Positions 9,323-19,642 of a stretch of DNA of 49,514 bases are shown in pieces. The notes under the pieces were generated by a model. The model was given only the letters and a program-made list of their open reading frames with translations, did not search any database and was not told where the DNA came from. A program made the translations under genes and the position numbers. Position 1 is the stretch's first letter. Every line of letters starts with the position of its first letter. This DNA comes from Calditrichia bacterium (lineage in GTDB: Bacteria; Calditrichota; Calditrichia; RBG-13-44-9; J075): NCBI GenBank assembly GCA_050633245.1, contig JBOEGD010000036.1, positions 414 through 49,927 on the forward strand, in the 5' to 3' direction.

Positions 9323-12300
9323 TTAGCGCATAAGAATCAACTTTCGTGTGCCTATATCGCTGTTATTTGCGGTTAATCGATAAAAATAAATGCCGCTGGC
9401 GATATTCTTTTGAGGGTTCCAGACTACATTGTGGACTCCGCTGCTATATTGACCGGCTGCTACCACATCGACACGTCTGCCGGTTAAATCGTAAACAGTT
9501 AGTTCAATACTTGCAGGTGTAGGTAGTCTAAATTGTATCGTAGTTTGCGGGTTGAAAGGGTTTGGGTAATTTTGCTGCAATTGAAAGGAGTTAATTTCAA
9601 TCGGGTCAACATCATCAATTCCGGTGAAGACGTCATTTTGCATACCTGGTGTACCAAAATTCATAGAGGCACGCCAGTTTTGCGCCAGGGCGTTATCGAG
9701 GTTTGGGTTTATGAGTGATAGAGTTGGTCCGTTTCCATCTGCCTCAGTTGGCCAGGGTGCAACATCATTGTAGGTCAACGAATCCACCAACTGCCCGCTT
9801 GCATCGAATAAGCGCACCAGTTCGCCGCCACCACTCAGGCCAAATGAGAAGTTCCCGAGTACATTTGTTGCGTTTGGAAAAGTCGCCTGGAATAAAGATG
9901 TATCGCGACATATAACCAGAAAACTGTCCTGCTGAAGAATTGTACCGTTCGGAAAGGGAAAGATTTGAGTATCTTCCTCATCGCTAAAATACCAGTTACT
10001 GATGTCCGCCGTGCGATTCGAGTTATTGTAAAACTCGACCCAGTCTTCCGGATTCACAGCTGCACTGGAGTTATAATTTATTTCATTGATTACGATATCG
10101 AACGAATCGACCAGAGCGAATTGAGCCGTGATGGTTACATCTGAAGTCGGGACATACGTGACACTGTCAGAAGCTGGCAGCGAGGCTCCGATCCAGCCGG
10201 AGAACTGATATCCTGGATTTGGAATTGCCTTTAGCGTAACCGGGTTGCCATTAAAATAAATACCCTGCCAGCTTTCGGAATTTGGTTGAACTGAGTTAAT
10301 TTGAACAGATCCAGCTATCTGAGGAGAGGCGTTTAGCGTGATTGTTGACTGGCCGCTCAGAGAAAAATAATTCTCAAAGTTTTGTCGCATAAAGAAAGGA
10401 CGTTGACTGGCAAATATCTTTATTTCGGCGATATTGTTATTCCAGTTAGAAATGCTTCCACCCCAACGAGCAAAATGAATAGGCATTTCACTCTGTAGGG
10501 TAGCTGTTATTGAATTGATAACTGAAATGACGTTTGCCGGCAAGAAGTTTTGATTCAGCATATCTGCACATTTGTTGAGCAGGGTAACCTTGAACTCGTT
10601 ACTGGTGAGGAGTCGGCGCAGCAGGAGAGTAGACCACGGTGGGTTTGGCCACTCCGGTCCATTTACTTCAGTCGCGAAGGCTATCATATTTGCTTGCTGC
10701 GCATTGGGCAAAAATAGTCCATATCCAAAATCAGTGTCGAATAAAATCCAGCGCCAGCGTCCATCTTCTGATCTGGGTCGCCAGTATTTGATGTTACTTC
10801 CGGGCCAATCCTGATTCGCTACATAAAGTTGCGAGATCTTATAAGTACAGTATGAGTCGATATCAATCCAGCGTTGAACCTGCTCGTAATTTGCCGGCAC
10901 ATTAAGGTCTTGTGTCTGGATAAAGTTCAACATTTGCAGATAATGCGAATTGCTGCCTTCTATAACCTGCGCATCAAATTCCAGCAAGTCGACCTCATCT
11001 GCATCCACATCATGATTGTTTGCAAGAAAATGTTCATTGATCTTTTCACGGATATTGTGAATTCCCCAATAGTCCCCATTTAAATACACCGCTGCCGGTC
11101 TATAGGCTAAATAATCGACGTTCGCCTCACGAATTAGCTGATGCGTAAGTGCATCACGAAACATGGAGGTATTCCAATCGTTTCCTGCATTTCGTAGAAT
11201 GAAAGACTCGAATTCTACAATCGGCTTCTCTTCAAAAAGTTGATAGTCGAAGCTATTTGCACCATAGACGTTTCGAGCAAAAAGTGACAATGACTTTTGC
11301 GGATTTCCGCGACTCCACCCACCGAAAATTTTGGCTCCGGCACCTAAACTCATGGCAAGGTTGCCATTCTCTTCAAATAGCTCTAAATGAACCTCGCGCT
11401 CCCAGTCTTCCCAGAAGTTGGCTCCAAAAAAGGGAAAGTTAGGATCATAATTATTTCCCAGAACGTAGATGCCACTATCAGTATTAAAAAAACTTGCGGG
11501 TGGAAATGAAATTGATATCGTTGCCAAATCATGTTGCTGATTTATAAAATAGCTGTGCGTAATCGTTTCACTTGGAATCGAGCCGGGCTGGAATGCTCGT
11601 GCACGTATATTGCTTGTAGAATTAATAGTAAGCGGCACGGAATAAACCGGGGAGGAACTGGTTGGCTTTGAACCATTCGTGGTATATCGTATCGTTCCGC
11701 TGGCTGCATTTAGTTCCAGTTGCTGAGGCTGGGAATAAAAACCAGCTGCGAGATTTGCCGTAGGTGATTGAAGGATTTGCTGAAAACCAGTCGTATTATT
11801 TGAAGCACCCGGTGTAGGGGAGTCAAAATAAAAGAGAGAATTACTCCCATCACTTTGTCGGCCATAGGATATATTGGTTGGCAGTGCAATCGGGGCCAGC
11901 TGATTTACGATCGTCCCGGAAGGGTCACTGAGTATAAGTGTCTCTCCACCTGAGCTGATTTTAAAATTGGTGTGAAGTGCCGGGATGTTTGGACTCACCA
12001 GCGGGTGAACACCACGTCCGCCGGTGTTCTGGCTGGAACCGAGTGTGAGAAATGGAATTATGGTTAGGTCTGATGATCCGGCATTGTCGTTGTGAACCTG
12101 AACTGTTAACACATTTGTTCCGGTTACCAAAAGCGAAACAATTTCGCTACCTGCAACCAGTTCGGGATAACCGCCCTGATATATTTCTGCCTCTCTTAAG
12201 CCGGAAGCTGTCTCATTAAACGCTGGTGGCGGGCTATTTGGTGTGCCCATTGTTCGGCGCGCTACTTCGGTGCCGTTTAGATAAGCAACAAATCCATCAT

Positions 12301-12868
12301 CATAATCAATGTTCAAAAGAGCCTCTCCAATATCCGAGGCATCCTGCAAGAAGAAGGTATGTCTTATAAAGAGCGATAGGCGGGGCGCAACCGTTGTTGA
12401 ATCGTCATTGTCACCATAACCCAATCCACTTTTGCCTTCCAACCAGCTGCTATCATCAAAGTTTATCTCACGCCAGTTCGATGGTGGTTCGGCAATTGGT
12501 GAAAAATAGCGCCAGTTATCGCCCCAGGAAATAATGGTCTCCCATCCATTCTGTGCAACATTACGATCTTTGTCTGAAGCAAATACGAGCAAATAGTCAT
12601 CTGGATCAAGCAGGTATTCAGGGAAGGTCCATTTTTGAACATTTCCCGTGTCGTCAGATAAGAAATATCCTTGTAGCTGAATAGCTTGCGAGCCACTGTT
12701 ATAGAGCTCAATCCAATCACTATAATCCCCGTCTTCATCAGCCAGTGTGGTGCTGTTTGAAGAGACAATCTCATTAATAGATATGTTTTGAGAAAGAAGA
12801 GGTGTGCTGAATGCGAACAGCAAAACGACAATGCTTACTACCAGCTGACTGATCATCATGTAATTCAC
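9323..12868 (-). CDS. Secreted CotH-family kinase with lamin-tail domains, chitobiase/Fn3-like domain and T9SS C-terminal domain
   Basis: Signal peptide; LTD 'INEI...DWIELYN'; CotH motifs 'LRNAGND', 'YLNGDYWGIHNIREK', 'NQDWPGSN', 'WRWILFDTD'; CTD 'QNYPNPFNP...SGIYFYRL'. Start may be the ATG at 12859. Confidence 0.9.
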   Translation of the reverse strand: MNYMMISQLVVSIVVLLFAFSTPLLSQNISINEIVSSNSTTLADEDGDYSDWIELYNSGSQAIQLQGYFLSDDTGNVQKWTFPEYLLDPDDYLLVFASDKDRNVAQNGWETIISWGDNWRYFSPIAEPPSNWREINFDDSSWLEGKSGLGYGDNDDSTTVAPRLSLFIRHTFFLQDASDIGEALLNIDYDDGFVAYLNGTEVARRTMGTPNSPPPAFNETASGLREAEIYQGGYPELVAGSEIVSLLVTGTNVLTVQVHNDNAGSSDLTIIPFLTLGSSQNTGGRGVHPLVSPNIPALHTNFKISSGGETLILSDPSGTIVNQLAPIALPTNISYGRQSDGSNSLFYFDSPTPGASNNTTGFQQILQSPTANLAAGFYSQPQQLELNAASGTIRYTTNGSKPTSSSPVYSVPLTINSTSNIRARAFQPGSIPSETITHSYFINQQHDLATISISFPPASFFNTDSGIYVLGNNYDPNFPFFGANFWEDWEREVHLELFEENGNLAMSLGAGAKIFGGWSRGNPQKSLSLFARNVYGANSFDYQLFEEKPIVEFESFILRNAGNDWNTSMFRDALTHQLIREANVDYLAYRPAAVYLNGDYWGIHNIREKINEHFLANNHDVDADEVDLLEFDAQVIEGSNSHYLQMLNFIQTQDLNVPANYEQVQRWIDIDSYCTYKISQLYVANQDWPGSNIKYWRPRSEDGRWRWILFDTDFGYGLFLPNAQQANMIAFATEVNGPEWPNPPWSTLLLRRLLTSNEFKVTLLNKCADMLNQNFLPANVISVINSITATLQSEMPIHFARWGGSISNWNNNIAEIKIFASQRPFFMRQNFENYFSLSGQSTITLNASPQIAGSVQINSVQPNSESWQGIYFNGNPVTLKAIPNPGYQFSGWIGASLPASDSVTYVPTSDVTITAQFALVDSFDIVINEINYNSSAAVNPEDWVEFYNNSNRTADISNWYFSDEEDTQIFPFPNGTILQQDSFLVICRDTSLFQATFPNATNVLGNFSFGLSGGGELVRLFDASGQLVDSLTYNDVAPWPTEADGNGPTLSLINPNLDNALAQNWRASMNFGTPGMQNDVFTGIDDVDPIEINSFQLQQNYPNPFNPQTTIQFRLPTPASIELTVYDLTGRRVDVVAAGQYSSGVHNVVWNPQKNIASGIYFYRLTANNSDIGTRKLILMR

Positions 12869-12926
12869 CTGCGATACTGGACGAGTTCGATTTAATTCAT
12901 CGTTGAAAACACTTTCTGTGGAAGAG

Positions 12927-12953
12927 GCCAGACAGAAAAGTCTTCTGTCTGGC
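12927..12953 (-). terminator. Intergenic stem-loop downstream of the GH3 gene (terminator or mRNA-stabilising hairpin)
   Basis: GCCAGACAGAA-aagtc-TTCTGTCTGGC. Confidence 0.6.
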
Positions 12954-12968
12954 TCCTTTACGCATTAC

Positions 12969-15257
12969 TTAGGGCGCTGCCTTCGTTGTCGACATCTGCT
13001 CAGGAGTCAACAATGTAAAACCCTTTGTTTTGCCACCCACGTGAATTTCGAAATCACCTGCTTCTACGATTCGCTTGTTCTCGCGGCCAATAAAAGAGAG
13101 GTCGTCGGTGTTGAGTGTAAAGTTTACCTCTTTGCTTGCACCGGCCTTTAGATGAACGCTTTCAAATCGCTTGAGCTGCTTGTTTGGCGGAGTAATAGAA
13201 CGATACATATCGCTGACAAAAAGTAACACATTCTCGATGCCATCCCGATCGCCAGAGTTGGTAACAGTAATCTTTGCGGTTACCTTCTCGCCATTTTTAA
13301 CCTTTGTGCGATCGAGCGTTAAATCAGAATACTCAAACGTAGTATAGCTTAAACCATGTCCAAATGGAAATTGCGGGTTAATTGAATTTCCACCAAATAC
13401 CTCCAGTGGCTTATAGTCGTAAGTCGTTAGATCATTGGTAAAACGAGGATAGGTAAAGGGCAATTTGCCACCGGGATTATGGTCGCCAAAAATCACATCA
13501 GCGATTGCTGGTCCACCCTCTATTCCGGGCAGGTAAGCCATTACGATTCCATCTACCTTGTCCGCAATTCGACGGATGATTCGCGGACGACCTTCAATGA
13601 GCACCAAAACAACCGGTTTACCGGTTTCGATCAGCGCTTCTGCCAACTCAAGCTGAGCTAGAGGAAGCGTTAGATCATTAATATTACCCGGTGTCTCACA
13701 GTATGCCGGTTCGCCGAGACACAGAACAATTGCATCTGCAGATTGCGCGGCTTTTACGGCATCTTCAACAGATGTTTTTTTGTCAAAAGTACTTCCGGCG
13801 ATATAGCTGGCCTTATCACCCAGCTTGGCTTGAATAGCTTCAAAAACAGTATGCTTCTCAGCAGGGTATATTGCTTCTTGATCGCCCTGCCAGGTCAGTG
13901 TCCAGCCGCCATTGAGCGGCGAAAGCATGTTTGCTGTTGGACCGGTTACGAGAACGTTAGCCGTTTTAGCCAAAGGCAATATACCTTTGTTGTTTTGAAG
14001 AAGTGTAATGGACTCGCGGGCCGAAGTTGCAGAAGCTTCAATGGATGATTTTGCAGCAAAGCGCTTGCGCAACTTCTTGTTTGGATAAGCATTTTTGAAC
14101 AGGCCCAACTTCATTTTCAGCGTAAGGATGCGCGTAACAGCTTCATCTATGCGTGCCATCGGAACGCCGCCTTCTTTACCCAACTCAAGTAGATGGTCGT
14201 AAAAGCTGAAGTTATAAGGCACCATACTCATATCGATTCCGGCGTTAATCGCCATCTTAACGGCTTCTTTCGGAGAGGTTGCTACACGGTCGCGATCATA
14301 TAAACGTATGATGTCTTCCCAATCCGTAACAATGACGCCCTCAAAACCCAATTCTTTGCGCAATATTTGAGTGAGTAGGAAGTCGCTACTGTGAACCGGA
14401 ACGCCATTGACGTCACCAGAATTGATCATAATCGTGTGTGAGCCGGCTTTAACTGCTTCGGCAAATGGGGGAAGCAGCACATCACGAAGAAGCTGCTCAG
14501 GAATAAATGCGGGAGTTCTGTCTTTGCCGGACAGCGGAATGCTATAGCCGATATAATGCTTCATACAGGAAGCAACGCGATCCTCAGCGGATACATCGTT
14601 ATTCTCGCCTTCAAGACCCTTGATGTAGGCACTACCCATTACGGATGCCAAATATGGGTCTTCACCATAGGTTTCCCAGAAACGTGGCCAGGCGGGATTT
14701 CTCGCCAGACCCAACACCGGATTGAAATTCCACGGGATTCCGGATGCGCGAACTTCAAGCGCGGTTATCTCTCCTTCAACACGTGCATGCTCCGGATTCC
14801 AGGTTGCGGCAGTAGCAATACTTTGCGGGAAGAGAGTTGCACCCATAGTATAGTTTGTACCGTGGATAGCATCGATTCCGTAGATTATTGGAATTCCAAG
14901 ACGCGTCTTCTTTGTTGCCACATCCTGAACGGTTGTGATTATGTCATGCCATTCGTCAAGCGTAAATGCGAAATCCCAAACATTCAGTAGTGAACCGATA
15001 TGATACTTGGTTATCGCCTCGTTTAGCTTTTCCTTATTGAGCTTATACTCACTGTCGTGCCATTTTTTTTGTTCGGAAACGACCTGAAGAGTAACTTGTG
15101 TCATTTGCCCGACTTTTTCTTCGAGCGTCATTTTCTGAAGTAATTCTTTTACATCCTTTCTAACCTTATCACTTGTCTTCATCTGAGCACTAAGTGATAT
15201 AGAAAACCCAAGTAGCAAGACGAGCGTCATGCCAATCGACCGTAACGGAAACCCCAT
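12969..15257 (-). CDS. Exported GH3 beta-glucosidase (BglX-like) with Fn3-like C-terminal domain
   Basis: 'MTLEEKVGQMTQ', 'GIDAIHG', 'WPRFWETYGEDP', 'CMKHY', nucleophile 'VTDWED', 'FPFGHGLSYTTFEYS'. Start taken at ATG 15257 (GAAAGGA RBS, signal peptide) rather than 15317. Confidence 0.93.
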   Translation of the reverse strand: MGFPLRSIGMTLVLLLGFSISLSAQMKTSDKVRKDVKELLQKMTLEEKVGQMTQVTLQVVSEQKKWHDSEYKLNKEKLNEAITKYHIGSLLNVWDFAFTLDEWHDIITTVQDVATKKTRLGIPIIYGIDAIHGTNYTMGATLFPQSIATAATWNPEHARVEGEITALEVRASGIPWNFNPVLGLARNPAWPRFWETYGEDPYLASVMGSAYIKGLEGENNDVSAEDRVASCMKHYIGYSIPLSGKDRTPAFIPEQLLRDVLLPPFAEAVKAGSHTIMINSGDVNGVPVHSSDFLLTQILRKELGFEGVIVTDWEDIIRLYDRDRVATSPKEAVKMAINAGIDMSMVPYNFSFYDHLLELGKEGGVPMARIDEAVTRILTLKMKLGLFKNAYPNKKLRKRFAAKSSIEASATSARESITLLQNNKGILPLAKTANVLVTGPTANMLSPLNGGWTLTWQGDQEAIYPAEKHTVFEAIQAKLGDKASYIAGSTFDKKTSVEDAVKAAQSADAIVLCLGEPAYCETPGNINDLTLPLAQLELAEALIETGKPVVLVLIEGRPRIIRRIADKVDGIVMAYLPGIEGGPAIADVIFGDHNPGGKLPFTYPRFTNDLTTYDYKPLEVFGGNSINPQFPFGHGLSYTTFEYSDLTLDRTKVKNGEKVTAKITVTNSGDRDGIENVLLFVSDMYRSITPPNKQLKRFESVHLKAGASKEVNFTLNTDDLSFIGRENKRIVEAGDFEIHVGGKTKGFTLLTPEQMSTTKAAP

Positions 15258-15294
15258 CGTGAGAGTCCTTTCGAAATAATTTAATAATTGCCAA

Positions 15295-15329
15295 GAAATA
15301 AGCCGGCTGGTTTTCACCGGCTATATTCT
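15295..15329 (-). terminator. Possible stem-loop/terminator after the PorV-like gene
   Basis: AGCCGG...CCGGCT stem followed on the minus strand by TATTTCTT. Confidence 0.45.
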
Positions 15330-15372
15330 TCCCTGCGCGACGGTGATTCCGCCGCGCGATTGAGTTTATTTG

Positions 15373-16419
15373 TTAGAAGTCGATTGCCAGTGAATATTTC
15401 TGAACCTCCTCCAAGAGGCCAAAATCTGCATAGGCGAAATCGAAGTGCAGCATCACGTTGCCAACCACCGGAAAGTTTAAACCGGCACCGAAGGTAAACG
15501 ATTCTTCGGTATCATCCAGCAAAATGCCGCGATAGCCGCCACGAAGAGAAAGGCGGTTGCCGTAATTGTATTCGATTCCAACATTCAGACTTTCATAGTC
15601 ATTGTTGGGATACTGGGCGTCTACCGCAAGATTGACGGAGTTGCTCTGGACGTTCAGCAGTTTGTAAAGCATACCAATCTTAAAGTTCAGAGGCAGTGCC
15701 CACGAGTTGGTCTCGAGAATTGCGGGAACGCGTTCATTATTTCCGCTTGAGCCTGGCTCAAAGTCATACAGCACTCGAGCATTCTCACCACTCATTTGCA
15801 TCTTTGAACCAAAGTTTGTGAGAGCAAAGCCCAACTGAACGCCTTTGAATGGAGTATTGTAATGCACACCAAGATCCATAGCAAAGCCAGTTGCCGACAG
15901 CTGCCAAATGTACTGGTGAATAACTTTGGGATTGAAACCGATCGAAAAGTTCTCGGTCAGGCGAATTGCATACGCAACGCTGAAGGAGAAATCTCCTGCA
16001 TTAAAGCGCTGACCAAGCAACCCCTCCGGGTCATCTACGGTCGTAACGGCCATTTCATCCATTGTTAGTGCTGTAAGACTAACACCGAGTGCACCGTAGC
16101 GACCCATCTGGAACACGCCGGATATGAAGTCGAAATTCGTATCGGCAATCCACTCGGAGTGGTTGAAGAAGATACCGCTTTTCTGCATCTTGGCGATTCC
16201 CGCTACGTTCCAGTAGATCGCAGAAGGATCATTCGCGGCCGCAGTATAGGCACCACCCATAGCTAACGCTCGTCCACCAACGCCGACTTCAAGAAAACTG
16301 GCTGCGGTGGTACCGCGTTTGGAGATATTCTCCGCGAAGTTCTGAACCTGAGCATAAGACAGCCCGCTTGCCAGAACGACAATCAATATACAAATCTGCA
16401 TTTTAAATCTGTCTTTCAT
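15373..16419 (-). CDS. PorV/PorQ-family outer-membrane beta-barrel (T9SS cargo shuttle-like)
   Basis: Signal peptide; FadL/PorV-type N-terminus 'FLEVGVGGRALAMGGA..A.ANDPSAIYWN.AG'; amphipathic strands; C-terminal Phe. Confidence 0.88.
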   Translation of the reverse strand: MKDRFKMQICILIVVLASGLSYAQVQNFAENISKRGTTAASFLEVGVGGRALAMGGAYTAAANDPSAIYWNVAGIAKMQKSGIFFNHSEWIADTNFDFISGVFQMGRYGALGVSLTALTMDEMAVTTVDDPEGLLGQRFNAGDFSFSVAYAIRLTENFSIGFNPKVIHQYIWQLSATGFAMDLGVHYNTPFKGVQLGFALTNFGSKMQMSGENARVLYDFEPGSSGNNERVPAILETNSWALPLNFKIGMLYKLLNVQSNSVNLAVDAQYPNNDYESLNVGIEYNYGNRLSLRGGYRGILLDDTEESFTFGAGLNFPVVGNVMLHFDFAYADFGLLEEVQKYSLAIDF

Positions 16420-16428
16420 CGGTCTGTC

Positions 16429-19400
16429 CTATTTTACGAGTGCGAATTTTCCAATTGTTCTGCCCACATTAGGCGCGTCTATATGGAAGACATATACGCC
16501 ATATGCGACATCTGTTCCGTCCTCAGAAATCAGGTTCCAGGGCTGCGAACCATCGAGAACCGGGCTACTGTGCTCAATCTTCTTAACGAGTTTTCCAGAG
16601 AGTGTAAAGATGCGGATAGTACATTCCGCTGGAAGGTGGATAAAGTCGATTCGCCTTTCACCACGTCCGGCGCCAAATATCGCATTACGACCTTCCCAGG
16701 AAGCGCCAGCAATATACGGATTTGGAACAACCTTGATGCGATCAAGCTCTTCACGAGCCAGATCCAGGCTGGTTGTGGCAGCCTTGGTGGTTAGCTCGAA
16801 ATAGTCTCCGTCGAAGAACGGTTTGGTTGTAGCAATAAAATACTCATCACCACCTACCGGCTCTTCCGGAGTTGCGTTCGGATCGATCGGCCCGCCATAG
16901 ACAACGTCGTATGCAAAGCGGAACTGACCATTCAGGAATTCAATGATAGTAATGTCATCACCAACAGAGAATCCGCCCGAGTTGTCGTTATCAAATACTT
17001 CGAACTCGCTAAAGCGATTCTCGGTAATGTTGAATATCCGAAAGTTGACGGCTAAGCCAGAGTTAAAGGTCGTGTCAACCGGAGTATCCGACCAGATGAT
17101 GCGATAATCTGCCGGCCATGGCTCAGAGAGCGATGGGAAGCGCGTATGCGGCGTCAGCTGAATATCGAGGTTGCTGCTGCCAATGAGCCAACCGGATTCG
17201 GCCGGGTTCAACGCAACAGTTGTATCGTTGTATACTGTAAACACCAGTCCGTCGACCGGTGGGCTTGGATTGTCTTCGCCAAAGCGAATCGCATCAATGC
17301 CTTCTTCGATAACGATAGCGGAGTCGCCAACGACCTGTGCAACGCTATAGGTGCTGGTGGTGTATAGCGGATATTCGCCCTCTGCCTGGAATTCGATTCG
17401 GTAGCGACTGTCGCCGGCAATTTCTTCAGGATCGAGAATGCCTGCAGTAATGTTACCCGTTCCGATGCCAGACTGTACCTGAGAGAGGTCGCCGCTGATC
17501 TCCGGCGGTATATATCCTGCCGAAGGTGCATTGGGTGTAACCACAGCACAGTTGATGTCGATAAAGTTAATATTACCAACCGCATCTTCACTGATGTTCT
17601 TGGTCGTTTCAGATGGTGGAAGTCCGCTGGTACCAAAATTCGGATCGCCCTGATCATAAGCTACGACTGCGTAAAAGTAACGCTGACCATTGGTAACGTC
17701 TGTGTCTACAAAGGAATACTGCAGACCACTATTGCTGCCGCGCCAGAAGCGGGCACCATTAATACCAACTGGATCAGGTCCTTCGATATCATTTATCAGG
17801 TCGTACTGAGCGATCGGCTTCCAGTAGCGAGCTTCTCCACGCGAATCGGTTATCAGCTTGATATCGTTAAATTGTGCTTCCGTACTTCTATAAATTAGAT
17901 AACCTTCAAAGTCCTTACGTGGGTTGCCAAGTGAATCGAGCAGGAATGGATCGCGCGATTCTTCAGCGATTCTATCCCAGTAAAGGAAGATTCGACCATC
18001 ACCGGGAACTGCATTCAGGAGCGGTTTGAACGGTGGACGAGAGAAGTTGTAGTTTGCATTGTAGATATTCTGAACGGTAATTTTGTTAAAGATAAGATCT
18101 TCCAGGTTACTACCGTTTAGCAGAGCCATTGAGAAGCGCTCACGAGTGCCTTTTTCAAGCTCAAACGGTCCGGATGCAAAAAGCATCTGAATGTTTGAAC
18201 GCTGAAGAGTGGTGTCGAACTGAAAGTAGGTCATTCGTCGCCACAAGCCTTCATCGTGTTTTGGCCAGCCGTCACCGCCACCACCGTCGACAAGACGATA
18301 GATAGACATGCTGTTTAAACCAATCTGATCGGATTCGTCAACATCGGTGCGGTCGAAGTCCGGCTCACCTGGAGTAGGCAGACCATCGCCTTCACCTTCG
18401 TCAGGACCATTATACTGGCGATCGAAAGGACCAACACCATCGCGGCCAAGGTCATCGTTTAGCGGTTCATTGGATTCCCATGTGCCGTTATTGTTGAGAT
18501 CGCGAAATGGGGCCCAGTCGCCGTCATTGTCAATTCCGTCATCACGACGTTCATCAACAATTCCGTCACCGTCATCATCGAAACCGTTGAATGGATTACC
18601 CGGGCTTTCCAGATAGGCATATCCCAGATAGCCGGTAGGCTCCCACGGACCGAAATCTGTTCGGCCAATGCCATCCTCATCCCAGCCATAAGCAAGGTCT
18701 AATGCGAGATCGAAGGAAGCGTTATCGTCGCCGGAATCAGCTGTTCCGCCAATACCAACGTCTGTAAGAAACCCGAAAGCGGTTTGATCGTAGGTGGTAT
18801 CGGATAAGTTCACAATGTCGTATAGCCAGAAGATATTATCCTCTGCCAATACCTGTGACCACTGAAACCCACGAACCTCTACGCGTAATCCAAGTCCACC
18901 GCGGTTTTGATCGGCGGCAATCGGGAAGTATTCATAAGGCGGACGTGTCCACTCCTTGTCAGAAGCGTCATCCATTACATAAAAGGATTCAATGTCTGCA
19001 TTTTTAACGCCGCGACCAAAAAACCCATACCAATAGGTAAAGTTGTCTACGACACCATCACGGTCATCATCTTCACCGGGCTCACCGTTTACTTCCGCTT
19101 GATTAATCCATTCGGACTGAGGTTGATCAAGAAAAGTGAAGATTGCGTTTGGCCATAGTGTGGGCCATGTACGGGAATCATTGCTAATTGCCGGTGCATC
19201 TGAAATGGTTACATCCGGGTTACTGTATCCCGGAACTGGTTCCCAGCCCCAAGGCGTCCCTGAGATCGGGTCGCGGTCGAAGTGCTCGCGATAAGCCGCT
19301 TCTACGGGAGTGATAAATGTATCGACTCCGGCCAGTTGGGCATTAACTCGGGCACCTACCAACACGGCAACACCGTCAAGGTATGAATGTCCTGAGCCTT

Positions 19401-19623
19401 TTGGCCACTCGCCAGAAGGTTGATCCGGCCATTTGCCGACTTCACCCTGATTGAAATACTGGGTTCGAAGCTGATTGCCATCCATGATTCCTTTACGACG
19501 AAACAGATTGTCGCCATAAGGCTCGTTCAGATAAGCATCGATGACTTCCGGTCTTTCTTGTGCAAAGACAGTAAAGGTCAGGCAAAAGACCAGGAGAGTC
19601 AGTAGTAAGTTTATAATCTTCAT
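16429..19623 (-). CDS. Large exported protein with acidic Ca-binding-like repeats, Fn3-like region and divergent T9SS-like CTD ('VVPNPY' type)
   Basis: Signal peptide; DxDxDG-rich segment; 'FEGYLIYRS...YFYAVVAYD'; C-terminus 'IKVVPNPY...IDFIHLP..CTIRIFTLSGKLV...WNL......VAYGVY.FHI...GKFALVK'. No catalytic family recognised. Confidence 0.8.
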   Translation of the reverse strand: MKIINLLLTLLVFCLTFTVFAQERPEVIDAYLNEPYGDNLFRRKGIMDGNQLRTQYFNQGEVGKWPDQPSGEWPKGSGHSYLDGVAVLVGARVNAQLAGVDTFITPVEAAYREHFDRDPISGTPWGWEPVPGYSNPDVTISDAPAISNDSRTWPTLWPNAIFTFLDQPQSEWINQAEVNGEPGEDDDRDGVVDNFTYWYGFFGRGVKNADIESFYVMDDASDKEWTRPPYEYFPIAADQNRGGLGLRVEVRGFQWSQVLAEDNIFWLYDIVNLSDTTYDQTAFGFLTDVGIGGTADSGDDNASFDLALDLAYGWDEDGIGRTDFGPWEPTGYLGYAYLESPGNPFNGFDDDGDGIVDERRDDGIDNDGDWAPFRDLNNNGTWESNEPLNDDLGRDGVGPFDRQYNGPDEGEGDGLPTPGEPDFDRTDVDESDQIGLNSMSIYRLVDGGGGDGWPKHDEGLWRRMTYFQFDTTLQRSNIQMLFASGPFELEKGTRERFSMALLNGSNLEDLIFNKITVQNIYNANYNFSRPPFKPLLNAVPGDGRIFLYWDRIAEESRDPFLLDSLGNPRKDFEGYLIYRSTEAQFNDIKLITDSRGEARYWKPIAQYDLINDIEGPDPVGINGARFWRGSNSGLQYSFVDTDVTNGQRYFYAVVAYDQGDPNFGTSGLPPSETTKNISEDAVGNINFIDINCAVVTPNAPSAGYIPPEISGDLSQVQSGIGTGNITAGILDPEEIAGDSRYRIEFQAEGEYPLYTTSTYSVAQVVGDSAIVIEEGIDAIRFGEDNPSPPVDGLVFTVYNDTTVALNPAESGWLIGSSNLDIQLTPHTRFPSLSEPWPADYRIIWSDTPVDTTFNSGLAVNFRIFNITENRFSEFEVFDNDNSGGFSVGDDITIIEFLNGQFRFAYDVVYGGPIDPNATPEEPVGGDEYFIATTKPFFDGDYFELTTKAATTSLDLAREELDRIKVVPNPYIAGASWEGRNAIFGAGRGERRIDFIHLPAECTIRIFTLSGKLVKKIEHSSPVLDGSQPWNLISEDGTDVAYGVYVFHIDAPNVGRTIGKFALVK

Positions 19624-19642
19624 TTATAAATATCTCCTTAGT

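Noticed and set aside
15278-15294. TTGGCA upstream of GH3 as an internal sigma-54 promoter
   Set aside because: There is no G at the -12 position (TGGCAATTATTAAAT) and no enhancer pair nearby.
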